Shown here piece after piece: positions 30,935 through 39,011 of a stretch of 64,000 bases of DNA (position 1 is its first letter; each line of letters begins with the position of its first letter). The position numbers were made by a program, and so were the translations under genes. Source of the stretch: a virus (taxonomy: Duplodnaviria; Heunggongvirae; Uroviricota; Caudoviricetes); the IMG/VR virus record IMGVR_UViG_3300009500_000011, positions 40,585 through 104,584 of that record; one strand, 5' to 3'. The notes beneath the pieces were generated by a model. The model searched no databases. It worked only from the letters and a program-made list of their open reading frames with translations, and was not told where the DNA came from.

Positions 30935-30963
30935 AAAATAAGGAGGGTTTTCACCCTCCTTAT
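30935..30963 (-). terminator. Intrinsic terminator
   Basis: Minus strand ATAAGGAGGGT-GAAA-ACCCTCCTTAT-TTT: 11-bp stem with a GNRA tetraloop, after the 30978 gene. Confidence 0.8.
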
Positions 30964-30977
30964 CCTTTCAGATTAGG

Positions 30978-31205
30978 TTATTGAACTGTGCGATTAATTT
31001 CACGTTCAATGCGAGTACGGCGAGTTTCGGAAAGATTTGGGTTAGCTAGTGAACCAATTAAGCTAAGAAAGTTAGTTCCATACTTATCGACCACAGCATT
31101 ACCACCAAGGCTACCGATTTTTGCCATATGTGAACGACCGTATTTTCTAACTACGGCTTGACCGCCCGCAGAACCAGCAACTTCTGTTGTTGTTCGTCTT
31201 GACAT
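30978..31205 (-). CDS. Small KGG-repeat-like general stress protein (GsiB/YciG/Con-10-like)
   Basis: Repeats 'AGSAGGQAVVRKYGRSHMAKIGSLGGNAVVDKYG'; GGAG SD; optimal codons. Confidence 0.7.
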   Translation of the reverse strand: MSRRTTTEVAGSAGGQAVVRKYGRSHMAKIGSLGGNAVVDKYGTNFLSLIGSLANPNLSETRRTRIEREINRTVQ

Positions 31206-31299
31206 ATGATTTTCTCCAATTTTGGTGTGTTTCTTTAGGGTAAATCCCTATGTTGAAAATATATAACGTTTTGCCGCTCGGCGAACTATTATCTTATTT

Positions 31300-33003
31300 T
31301 TAATTTTCGTTAAATTCAGATTTATGTGCCGCAATATCGCCTTTTATCTTTTCGGCTCTTGTTTTTGAAGAAGAACTGGTAAATTCAAACTTTTCAAGTG
31401 CTTCAATTCTATTTTTCTTTAAGCCCTCAGAATTAGTAACTGCATATGGCCTAATAAATTTCATTGATTCTTCAACAATCTGTCTATTTACGTCAATTTT
31501 TTCTTTTAATAATTTTGACCTTGAAGCCGCTTTATAACAAGATTCTATTATTGCATGTTCAATTTCAGCACCAGTAAGTTGTAACTCAAAAGCAATTTTA
31601 GATAAATATTTAATATCTTGTAAATCTAATTTAACAGTTTTTTGCTTACATTGAATTTCAATTATTTTTTCACATTCGATTTCATCAGGAAGGTCGGCCC
31701 ACCATATCGAATCTAATCTCCCAGCACGTTTAAATTCTGGAGGAATAATATCTATATTATTTGCTGTAGAATAAATATAGACCATTTCTTTGCGTTCACT
31801 CATCCAAGTTAATAACTTACCAAAAACACGCTGAGTAGTTCCTGAATCACTTGAATTTAAACCGCCAATTGCTTTCTCAATTTCATCAATCCACAAAATA
31901 CATGGTGCGCTTGCTTCAGCAATTTTTAAAGCATTTCTTAAACTTTCTTCTGATTCACCTAATCTTTCACCAAATAAAGCGCCCATATCTAATCTAATTA
32001 ACGGAACTTGCCATTCAGCACCTAAATAACGAGCAAAGAGGGACTTCCCCGCACCAGGAACCCCAACCAAGCAGACTCCTTTTGGAGTCTGCAAAGAGAA
32101 TTCTTCTCTGAAGTTTTTCTTTAAATATAGCGAACGTTCATAGACATATTCTTTAAATAGATTATGACCACCAACTTCGATGGTCGTACTAGTTGGAATA
32201 AACTCAAGATAGCCTTTACGCTCAATTATTTGACGCTTCATATCTTTAATATCATTAAGACATGTGGCATTTATTCCGGTGTTATTTACACACGTATATG
32301 TTAAAACTTGTGAGATTTCTGTCTCTGTTAAACCAAGTAAGTTAAAAATAATTTTATCTGCTAAATCATTAGTTACGTTTACTTTTATGTCTTTCCCGAA
32401 TGCTTTTTCAAAACTTAATAAAGCATTTTTTAATAAAATTCCTATTTCTTCTTGGTCGGGTAGAGGCATATCTAAAATTTGAATTTCTTTTTCTAAATCT
32501 GATGGAATATCATCGTTTAAAGATAAAAGCATCAACCATTGATTGTCGGTTCTAAATCTTGAAATAATATCTCTAATTTTTCTAATATTTAAATTAGAAG
32601 AAGCAACACGGTGATTAACAAGGAAATGAATATCCTTAATTAGGATTATATTGTTTTTACCGTTTTCTTTTAAAAAATGAATCAATTCATCAAAATCGTA
32701 GACTTGTTTTGCATCTTTTTTAATGGAATCTCCTAATATAGAATCTTTTAAAACTTCATCCGCCATAACAGGTTTAATTTTACCAAATTTACCAACTTCA
32801 TTAGGCTTTAAAAAAGATGTATAATCATATAATCCTTCACTTACCGACCAAACTAGTATTCTAAAATCTGAACCTTTAAATTTAGGAACTAATTTACGCA
32901 ATGAAAAAATAAGCCTTTCTTCTTCGTGAGTTATAATCCACGGAGTCATGTTAGCTTTTAACATTGTTTCTAATGTATCAATAAATAAATTGTTCTTAGA
33001 CAT
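31300..33003 (-). CDS. Ycf46-like AAA+ ATPase
   Basis: Walker A GVPGAGKS, Walker B WIDEIEK, 'LIRLDMGALFGERLGESE', 'TANNI...PPEFKRAGRLD', and a degenerate N-terminal AAA domain. Confidence 0.85.
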   Translation of the reverse strand: MSKNNLFIDTLETMLKANMTPWIITHEEERLIFSLRKLVPKFKGSDFRILVWSVSEGLYDYTSFLKPNEVGKFGKIKPVMADEVLKDSILGDSIKKDAKQVYDFDELIHFLKENGKNNIILIKDIHFLVNHRVASSNLNIRKIRDIISRFRTDNQWLMLLSLNDDIPSDLEKEIQILDMPLPDQEEIGILLKNALLSFEKAFGKDIKVNVTNDLADKIIFNLLGLTETEISQVLTYTCVNNTGINATCLNDIKDMKRQIIERKGYLEFIPTSTTIEVGGHNLFKEYVYERSLYLKKNFREEFSLQTPKGVCLVGVPGAGKSLFARYLGAEWQVPLIRLDMGALFGERLGESEESLRNALKIAEASAPCILWIDEIEKAIGGLNSSDSGTTQRVFGKLLTWMSERKEMVYIYSTANNIDIIPPEFKRAGRLDSIWWADLPDEIECEKIIEIQCKQKTVKLDLQDIKYLSKIAFELQLTGAEIEHAIIESCYKAASRSKLLKEKIDVNRQIVEESMKFIRPYAVTNSEGLKKNRIEALEKFEFTSSSSKTRAEKIKGDIAAHKSEFNEN

Positions 33004-33209
33004 TATGCAAGTTCATCTATACCTTGCTCTGTTTTAACATAATTTTTAGCAGTATCATGAATTATTGTTTCGGCTGGATTATCTTTATCTTCTAATGATT
33101 CCACATAAGGTTTAGTCACATCAAGACATGCTAATCCTTCTACACCTTTAATATTAAACATTTCAACATTGCCATTTAGGTCAAATTTTAATTCAAATGA
33201 TTTCTTCAT
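33003..33209 (-). CDS. DUF2997-family small protein
   Basis: 'FDLNGNVEMFNIKGVEGLACLDVT' pattern, positioned between the DUF1257-like and Ycf46-like genes. Confidence 0.7.
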   Translation of the reverse strand: MKKSFELKFDLNGNVEMFNIKGVEGLACLDVTKPYVESLEDKDNPAETIIHDTAKNYVKTEQGIDELA

Positions 33210-33643
33210 TATGCACTTGCTGTTTCCACTCTGGCGTGAATGATACCATCTTTATCAGGGTCAGATACTACAATTGTATGACCTAAATTCTCTGCTTCTA
33301 CAATAGCAGTTGTCACCGCAGCCGCTTGAGCAATTATTCCAGCAAATATATTTCTACAATCATCATCATTTTTTGAATTTTTAAGAGCTACTTTAAGTCT
33401 TTCAAATTTTTTCATTGGACCCCAAGAAACTGAATCTCCAACGATTTCATACATTCCTTGTTCTGTTCTATAAAATCCAACATTCCAATGACCTACGTTT
33501 GTGATTACAAAATCACAAACTGGAACTTGATTTAATGAATTTATTTTTTTATTTTCTTCGATTTTAAAACCAAGCCAAATCAACGCTCTTTTTAGTTTTT
33601 TAGCGTCGTTTAATTTAGTTTTAACTTTTGTCAAGTGAGACAT
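33209..33643 (-). CDS. DUF1257 (Ycf35-like) protein
   Basis: N-terminus 'MSHLTKVKTKLNDAKKLKRALIWLGF' and 'VGFYRTEQGMYEIVGD'. Confidence 0.75.
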   Translation of the reverse strand: MSHLTKVKTKLNDAKKLKRALIWLGFKIEENKKINSLNQVPVCDFVITNVGHWNVGFYRTEQGMYEIVGDSVSWGPMKKFERLKVALKNSKNDDDCRNIFAGIIAQAAAVTTAIVEAENLGHTIVVSDPDKDGIIHARVETASA

Positions 33644-33675
33644 TTTGTTTTCCTTATAATAAATAGAAATTCAAA

Positions 33676-33708
33676 TTAAAAAGCCAGGATTTATTCCCCA
33701 GCTTTTTA
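33676..33708 (-). terminator. Intrinsic terminator
   Basis: Minus strand AAAAAGCTGGGA-ataaa-TCCTGGCTTTTT with two G-U pairs, downstream of the HNH gene. Confidence 0.7.
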
Positions 33709-33713
33709 ACTTT

Positions 33714-34232
33714 TTAGATATAGATGAATTCAGACCACTTATGAGCAGTTTTTTCATCTGCTAAAAATGCACAACATCTTAGAAATTCGACAAAGCTTGG
33801 TTGTTTTGGTTTTTTATCCAAAACCATACCTAACTGAGCAACTTCTTCAAGTGATTTGTTGCCTTTACGTTTATTGCATGGAATACATGCGGCAACGCAA
33901 TTTTCCCAAGTTGATTTTCCACCTTTTGATTGTGGAATAACATGGTCAATGGTCATCTTTACATTGCGCTTTTTGCAATATTGACAGGTGAATTTATCGC
34001 GAGTCAATACACGACGACGAGTAAACGAAACTGGCTTTGCAGCAAAGTTAATAAAAGATAACAAACGTATTACAGAAGGAATTGGAATCATTTCACGCAT
34101 AGTTTGCATGAACATATCATCAACTTTTTCAACAATTTCGGCTTTACCCTTGACGACAAGTTTAATAGCCTTACGAACTGTTACAAATTGTAAGAATTGA
34201 TATGATTTGTTAACTACTAATACTTGTGACAT
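33714..34232 (-). CDS. HNH endonuclease (zinc-binding, McrA-like)
   Basis: Motifs 'RDKFTCQYC', 'TIDHVIPQSKGG' and 'WENCVAACIPCNKRKG'. Confidence 0.92.
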   Translation of the reverse strand: MSQVLVVNKSYQFLQFVTVRKAIKLVVKGKAEIVEKVDDMFMQTMREMIPIPSVIRLLSFINFAAKPVSFTRRRVLTRDKFTCQYCKKRNVKMTIDHVIPQSKGGKSTWENCVAACIPCNKRKGNKSLEEVAQLGMVLDKKPKQPSFVEFLRCCAFLADEKTAHKWSEFIYI

Positions 34233-34492
34233 TATTCTGGTAGGTCATTAAACGAAGCTTGGGTTACCCTTTTAGATTGAGAGTAATTCATTTTTGTATA
34301 TCTTTCGACTTCATCCTTTTTAAGGGGTAAAACTGCATATGCTAATCTAAATAATCTATGGCATTTAGGACATGGAAAGATTAAATTTTCGGTTGCAGGG
34401 AAATCTTGAAATACATAATTACAAACAGCACATTTTATTTCAACGTGCGCTTCTATAAAGATAAAATCTGCTTTGTCTAATTCTCCTTTCAT
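34232..34492 (-). CDS. Small zinc-ribbon protein
   Basis: CAVC...CPKC pair. Confidence 0.5.
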   Translation of the reverse strand: MKGELDKADFIFIEAHVEIKCAVCNYVFQDFPATENLIFPCPKCHRLFRLAYAVLPLKKDEVERYTKMNYSQSKRVTQASFNDLPE

Positions 34493-34500
34493 TCTTATTT

Positions 34501-34785
34501 TTACTTACTTTGCAATTCTTTTTGAACGGTTCCATCTTTAACAGTAAGTTTTAAAATCTTAGGAATTGATACTCCTCCTTCGACTTCAACATTTCCTGTT
34601 ATAGTTGCGACTTGATAATCATTCTCATTTACATGAGATTGGTCAACATTTGGAAGCAATGGTGATTCCGCAAACTGTAAATCATGGGCTCCATTTTGCG
34701 TATCTAAATGAATATTTGCCCCTGATAAATGTGGATGATTTATTTTCAAATAGTTTTGAACTACTTGTAAAATATCTATGCTCAT
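34501..34785 (-). CDS. Hypothetical protein
   Basis: 94-aa ORF in the operon; no motif. Confidence 0.5.
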   Translation of the reverse strand: MSIDILQVVQNYLKINHPHLSGANIHLDTQNGAHDLQFAESPLLPNVDQSHVNENDYQVATITGNVEVEGGVSIPKILKLTVKDGTVQKELQSK

Positions 34786-34810
34786 ATTATACTACCTCTG
34801 TCAAGTGATA

Positions 34811-35458
34811 TTAAAATCTACTTGAATTATAGGCAAATGCGAAACCAAATATTAAAAATATAATCAATAATATTACAAAAATCATCAATATTATTGATAA
34901 CATCATGTATGTTTGTGATTGAGGCGCGTCCGCTGTAATTACAGGGCCACCAAATACCTGTTGTCCAATAGTTTGTGGAGGTGCCCCATAATAATATACT
35001 TGATTATTATGATTGGTCATTAGGTCAATCATAAATAGCGTTGTAAATGGGTCACAACCAAATCCGCAATAATGATAACCATAATAGTTATATGGGTGAT
35101 AACCGTACCCATAGCCATACGATGAATAGCCGTAATGGTAATAGTTAGTAGATGAATACGAGTATGGAGCCCTACGACTATAGTATGCATTTGCAAACTG
35201 ATTGTTAACAGTTACACTTCTGACAGTTGTATGTATAGTGGAACTGTTTAGAGTCGAATTTCGAACAACTGTCGTATTTACAACGGTGCTTCTATAAACA
35301 TTGTTTGATGGCGTATATGTTCTGGGATAAGAATAGACTCTACTATAACTACGACTAAATCCACCTCGAAATCCTGTTTGTTCAAGATTATAATGATGCT
35401 GTGCAACATATGTATGTGGCATAAACATCAACAAAAAACTAAAAATAAATGCTAACAA
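34811..35458 (-). CDS. Membrane protein with signal peptide, Tyr/Gly/Ser-rich low-complexity region and C-terminal TM helix
   Basis: TTG start with AAGGAG SD; hydrophobic N- and C-termini; 'YSSYGYGYGYHPYNYYGYHY'. Confidence 0.65.
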   Translation of the reverse strand: MLAFIFSFLLMFMPHTYVAQHHYNLEQTGFRGGFSRSYSRVYSYPRTYTPSNNVYRSTVVNTTVVRNSTLNSSTIHTTVRSVTVNNQFANAYYSRRAPYSYSSTNYYHYGYSSYGYGYGYHPYNYYGYHYCGFGCDPFTTLFMIDLMTNHNNQVYYYGAPPQTIGQQVFGGPVITADAPQSQTYMMLSIILMIFVILLIIFLIFGFAFAYNSSRF

Positions 35459-35478
35459 GTAATTTCTCCTTTAAACAA

Positions 35479-35507
35479 AGGATACCAAAATACGAAAATT
35501 TTGTCAA
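35479..35507 (-). promoter_or_regulatory. Strong sigma70 promoter with extended -10
   Basis: Minus strand TTGACA-N17-TATCCT with TG one base upstream of the -10. Confidence 0.75.
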
Positions 35508-35510
35508 ATC

Positions 35511-36167
35511 TTAATTTTCTTCAGTCCAGCCCATAGCGATAGCAATATTTGGTAAATCTTGAATAATAATTTTTTTCACTTCTTCAGCAATAAGTCTGTG
35601 TTCGAGTTGAGTTGCTACATCTGCTCTTAAATCTATATAATGAATCCAGCTTCTAATGGTTCCAGTCATATAAATATGGGTTTTTGCGCTCATTGGAAGG
35701 ACGAATGCCATCGTTTCTTTTGCAAACCCCCTATCCAATCCTTCTTTATAGAATTGCATGGCAAGTTCTTCTAATTTATTTTTATTTTCCTCAAACCACA
35801 TTTTATCTTCAACTGATAAATCATCATGAGAAGATTGCCTATTTGTAAAATCTTGACGCCGGGGATTAACCTTTACAAATCCATCAACAGCCGCATAACG
35901 AGTTGAAAACTCCTGAAATGAGAAACTCCTATGTCGAAGTATTTGAGGAGCAATGCGTCGGCTTGTATTTATTGAAACGCAAAGACTAGCCATTTCTAAA
36001 GGTGACCAATGTTTATGTTGAATTAAATATTTTAATAATCCTGCATATTTAGGATTTTTTTGATTACCTGGATTGCTTACTCTTGCAATTTCTGCAATTA
36101 ATTTTTCAGCATCGGGAGTAATCCAAACTTTTTCTACTAATGTTTCTTCGCTCACTTTATATTCCAT
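35511..36167 (-). CDS. thyX: Flavin-dependent thymidylate synthase
   Basis: ThyX motif RHRSFSFQEFSTRY, plus 'HWSPLEMA' and 'QLEHR'. Confidence 0.96.
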   Translation of the reverse strand: MEYKVSEETLVEKVWITPDAEKLIAEIARVSNPGNQKNPKYAGLLKYLIQHKHWSPLEMASLCVSINTSRRIAPQILRHRSFSFQEFSTRYAAVDGFVKVNPRRQDFTNRQSSHDDLSVEDKMWFEENKNKLEELAMQFYKEGLDRGFAKETMAFVLPMSAKTHIYMTGTIRSWIHYIDLRADVATQLEHRLIAEEVKKIIIQDLPNIAIAMGWTEEN

Positions 36168-36471
36168 TCGTTAAATTAAGTAAATTTTCGAAACCTTTTT
36201 CATGGAAATGTCTCAAAAAACTTTTATTTTCTAGTTCTTTTCTTTTACGTTTAAGCATTTTATTTATGGCAGCAGGCCCATAATTATGATAAAGTTCATT
36301 AACTATATCATCTAATTGAACAAGTTTATTCAAATAAATAACTTTGCTATCTGAACCATGAAGCATGACTTTTCTTATTTCACCAATGCTTAAATTAGAT
36401 TTAAACATGATTTCTTCAAGCATATCTTTATAAGATTTAGAGATAATAACAAGTTTAGATTTTCTAGGCAT
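36157..36471 (-). CDS. Hypothetical protein
   Basis: 104-aa ORF overlapping the thyX start. Confidence 0.5.
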   Translation of the reverse strand: MPRKSKLVIISKSYKDMLEEIMFKSNLSIGEIRKVMLHGSDSKVIYLNKLVQLDDIVNELYHNYGPAAINKMLKRKRKELENKSFLRHFHEKGFENLLNLTNGI

Positions 36472-36473
36472 AA

Positions 36474-37454
36474 TTATATTTTTATTGAAGGTGAACCATA
36501 AATATTAAATTCAAGTAATGTTTTCTTATTACTTGGTTCCAAATTACCATCACGACGAATAATATTGGTAGCAAAATCTTTTTTTGCATTTAAAAAAGCC
36601 TCTCCAATAGTTTCACCTTTAAGTAGATGTTGGTAAAAACAATAGGTCAACATATCTGCACCATCAGCAGGAGGTTGCGGAGGTCCATATGCTACAGCAG
36701 TTGATGCTATGACCCCTACAGCACCGCTTAGAAGGGCCATGAGCGGTATTGATGAGTTTCTATCCCTATTCTGCAACCAACCACCGTAGCAGGCTTCTGT
36801 GACCACTATACCATCTTTAAAGTTACCTGATTTAGGTGCAAGAGCAATAGGATAGCCTTGGGGTCCTTGTCCATAATAATATGGCGTTCCTTGAGCCCCG
36901 TGTAAGTTTAAATAGTGATATCTTTTGCCTAAGATTTGTGCATCTGGTAGATTTGTAAATTGAACAGGAGGAACAACATTTTGATTATTCATATTAAAGG
37001 TTGAATTCATAAAATCTGAAATACCTTTCCATACAGAAGCAACCATATTAAACCATCCAACATTAGGAGAGTTATTTTGCATATGTGCTGCTTGAAGATT
37101 TATTACTGTTTCTAAATAATCAAATTTTGCATTTATTTGTTCGTCTGGAATTCGTCCAACAATCTTATCCGGTACATAAAATAATGGGTCTTTTGTACAT
37201 GCATATGGAGCATCCGAATAGACTTGGCTATCTGGGTCACTACATGGATTTTGCAGAATACCAAAAGGAACAATATCATGACCACCAACAAGCAAAATAT
37301 CATCATTAATACCATCTACATGTGCTTTAACAAGACTAAATGTAGATGTTGGCAATATATCAACATTAGGTGACAATTTTGTAAGCAGAGACATTGCTGT
37401 TTCTTGCGTGATATTATATTTTGATAATAAATTTGTCGTAGTGATTACTTGCAT
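36474..37454 (-). CDS. Peptidase C25 (gingipain)-like clan CD cysteine protease
   Basis: 'ILLVGGHDIVPF', 'YSDAPY', 'VGRIP', His-Gly in 'NLHG' and 'TEACYG'. Confidence 0.7.
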   Translation of the reverse strand: MQVITTTNLLSKYNITQETAMSLLTKLSPNVDILPTSTFSLVKAHVDGINDDILLVGGHDIVPFGILQNPCSDPDSQVYSDAPYACTKDPLFYVPDKIVGRIPDEQINAKFDYLETVINLQAAHMQNNSPNVGWFNMVASVWKGISDFMNSTFNMNNQNVVPPVQFTNLPDAQILGKRYHYLNLHGAQGTPYYYGQGPQGYPIALAPKSGNFKDGIVVTEACYGGWLQNRDRNSSIPLMALLSGAVGVIASTAVAYGPPQPPADGADMLTYCFYQHLLKGETIGEAFLNAKKDFATNIIRRDGNLEPSNKKTLLEFNIYGSPSIKI

Positions 37455-37462
37455 TTTTATTC

Positions 37463-38374
37463 CTAAACTAGTGTTACTTTATATTCAAACAATCTTTTCC
37501 AAGATTCAAACTCACGTAAAAATGTTTTCATTTCATAACGTTCAAAAAATTCTCTCAGAGTAGCGTCGTCAACTACTATTTCCTCAACTAATTTAACTGG
37601 AATTTCTTGAATTGGAACATCGGTACGAATTTTTGCAAGTCCATAAGCGTTAGCAATTACATCAAGATTTTCAAGTATTAATTTATATTTATCTGGTATT
37701 AATGTGTTATTTTTTAATATGTTGATAACATTAAAAATTGTTCCATGTTGCTTAATCAATTTTGTTGCTATTTTTGGACCAATACCTTTAACACCTTGTA
37801 TATTATCTGTTTTTTCTCCAGTTAAAGATTTAATATCCACAAGTTGACTTGGTTCAACTAAAAAATTTTCCTTAACATAATCAACATCAATAATTCCACT
37901 TCCGTCTTTTTTCTTAGCTGTAAAAGAATAGACATTTATATTGTCTGAACATAATTGGTAAAAATCTTTATCAGAAGAAACAATTGTTACTTTAATGTCT
38001 GCTTTTGCAGCTTTTGTGGCTATTGTTCCAATCAAATCATCACATTCAACATTATTCGCGGTTATTTGAGAAACACCAAGAATATCAAACGCTTCCTGTA
38101 CTATAGGAAATTGAATTTTAAGGTCATCGGCTGCTGGACCCCGATTTGCTTTATATGTAGAATCTTGTTCGTGTCTAAATGTTCTTTTACCGGAATCCCA
38201 ACAAACTATTACATAATTAGGTTTAAATTCTTGAATAGTAGAACGAAAAGATTTTAAAACTCCATAAACAGCATTTGTTGCAATACCATTTGAAGCACTT
38301 AAGTCTTTAATAGCAAAAAAAGACCGATATATTAAATTGTTACCATCAAATAGTAATAACTTCTGTTTTTTCAT
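37463..38374 (-). CDS. 5'-3' exonuclease/flap endonuclease (PolA N-terminal-like)
   Basis: Motifs 'LLLFDGNNLIYRSF', 'ECDDLIGT', 'SSDKDF' and 'GEKTDNIQGVKGIGPKIA'. Confidence 0.93.
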   Translation of the reverse strand: MKKQKLLLFDGNNLIYRSFFAIKDLSASNGIATNAVYGVLKSFRSTIQEFKPNYVIVCWDSGKRTFRHEQDSTYKANRGPAADDLKIQFPIVQEAFDILGVSQITANNVECDDLIGTIATKAAKADIKVTIVSSDKDFYQLCSDNINVYSFTAKKKDGSGIIDVDYVKENFLVEPSQLVDIKSLTGEKTDNIQGVKGIGPKIATKLIKQHGTIFNVINILKNNTLIPDKYKLILENLDVIANAYGLAKIRTDVPIQEIPVKLVEEIVVDDATLREFFERYEMKTFLREFESWKRLFEYKVTLV

Positions 38375-39011
38375 TTTGCTTCTTGCCTATCGTCTTAATT
38401 TCTTTCCAGACCTTATTGGATACACTCTTTATTGTAATCTGTTTTAGTGTTCCACTAGCGACTGTTAAAGGATATATTTTAACGCCAATTTGTTCGGTTA
38501 CATAGTCAAATCTGTTTGTGTTTGAAAAAACCAAACTATAGGAAGCATCTGCTACATCAATATTTTTAAGAAAAGCACCTTTAAATTTTCTTTTTAATAA
38601 TGTCCAAATAGCGTCGTCAACTTTTGATGGTAATTCAATAATATTTTCTCTCATTGTATTACCATAATCAACATCAATGTAGCGATATATATTGCCTTCA
38701 ATTATAATATTGTCGATTATATGGTCGGGATTTTCTTTCCAATAGGCATTGGTCAAATTTGGATGGCGCACGATTGCAATGACTGGTTCTACTTTTTTAG
38801 CCATAACAAAATATTCAAAATAAATAAGATTATCGGCTTCTTGTTGATTTAAGATAAATAAATCTTTACCATCTAAAACTTGCATGACATTTTCAAACTG
38901 TTTTGTAGTTTTGACTTCAAATCCAGCATTTGTTTCTATATTGCAAAAAACGAGGCGTTTTTCAACCCCAATTCCTTGTAAATATAAATTATAAATATCA
39001 GTTATTGTCAT
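38346..39011 (-). CDS. Hypothetical protein
   Basis: 221-aa ORF coupled to its neighbours. Confidence 0.55.
   Translation of the reverse strand: MTITDIYNLYLQGIGVEKRLVFCNIETNAGFEVKTTKQFENVMQVLDGKDLFILNQQEADNLIYFEYFVMAKKVEPVIAIVRHPNLTNAYWKENPDHIIDNIIIEGNIYRYIDVDYGNTMRENIIELPSKVDDAIWTLLKRKFKGAFLKNIDVADASYSLVFSNTNRFDYVTEQIGVKIYPLTVASGTLKQITIKSVSNKVWKEIKTIGKKQNEKTEVITI

Noticed and set aside
31233-31266. SigB-like promoter (GTTATA-N13-GGGATT) for the stress-protein gene
   Set aside because: Only a partial consensus match, and the host is unknown, so it is not supportable.
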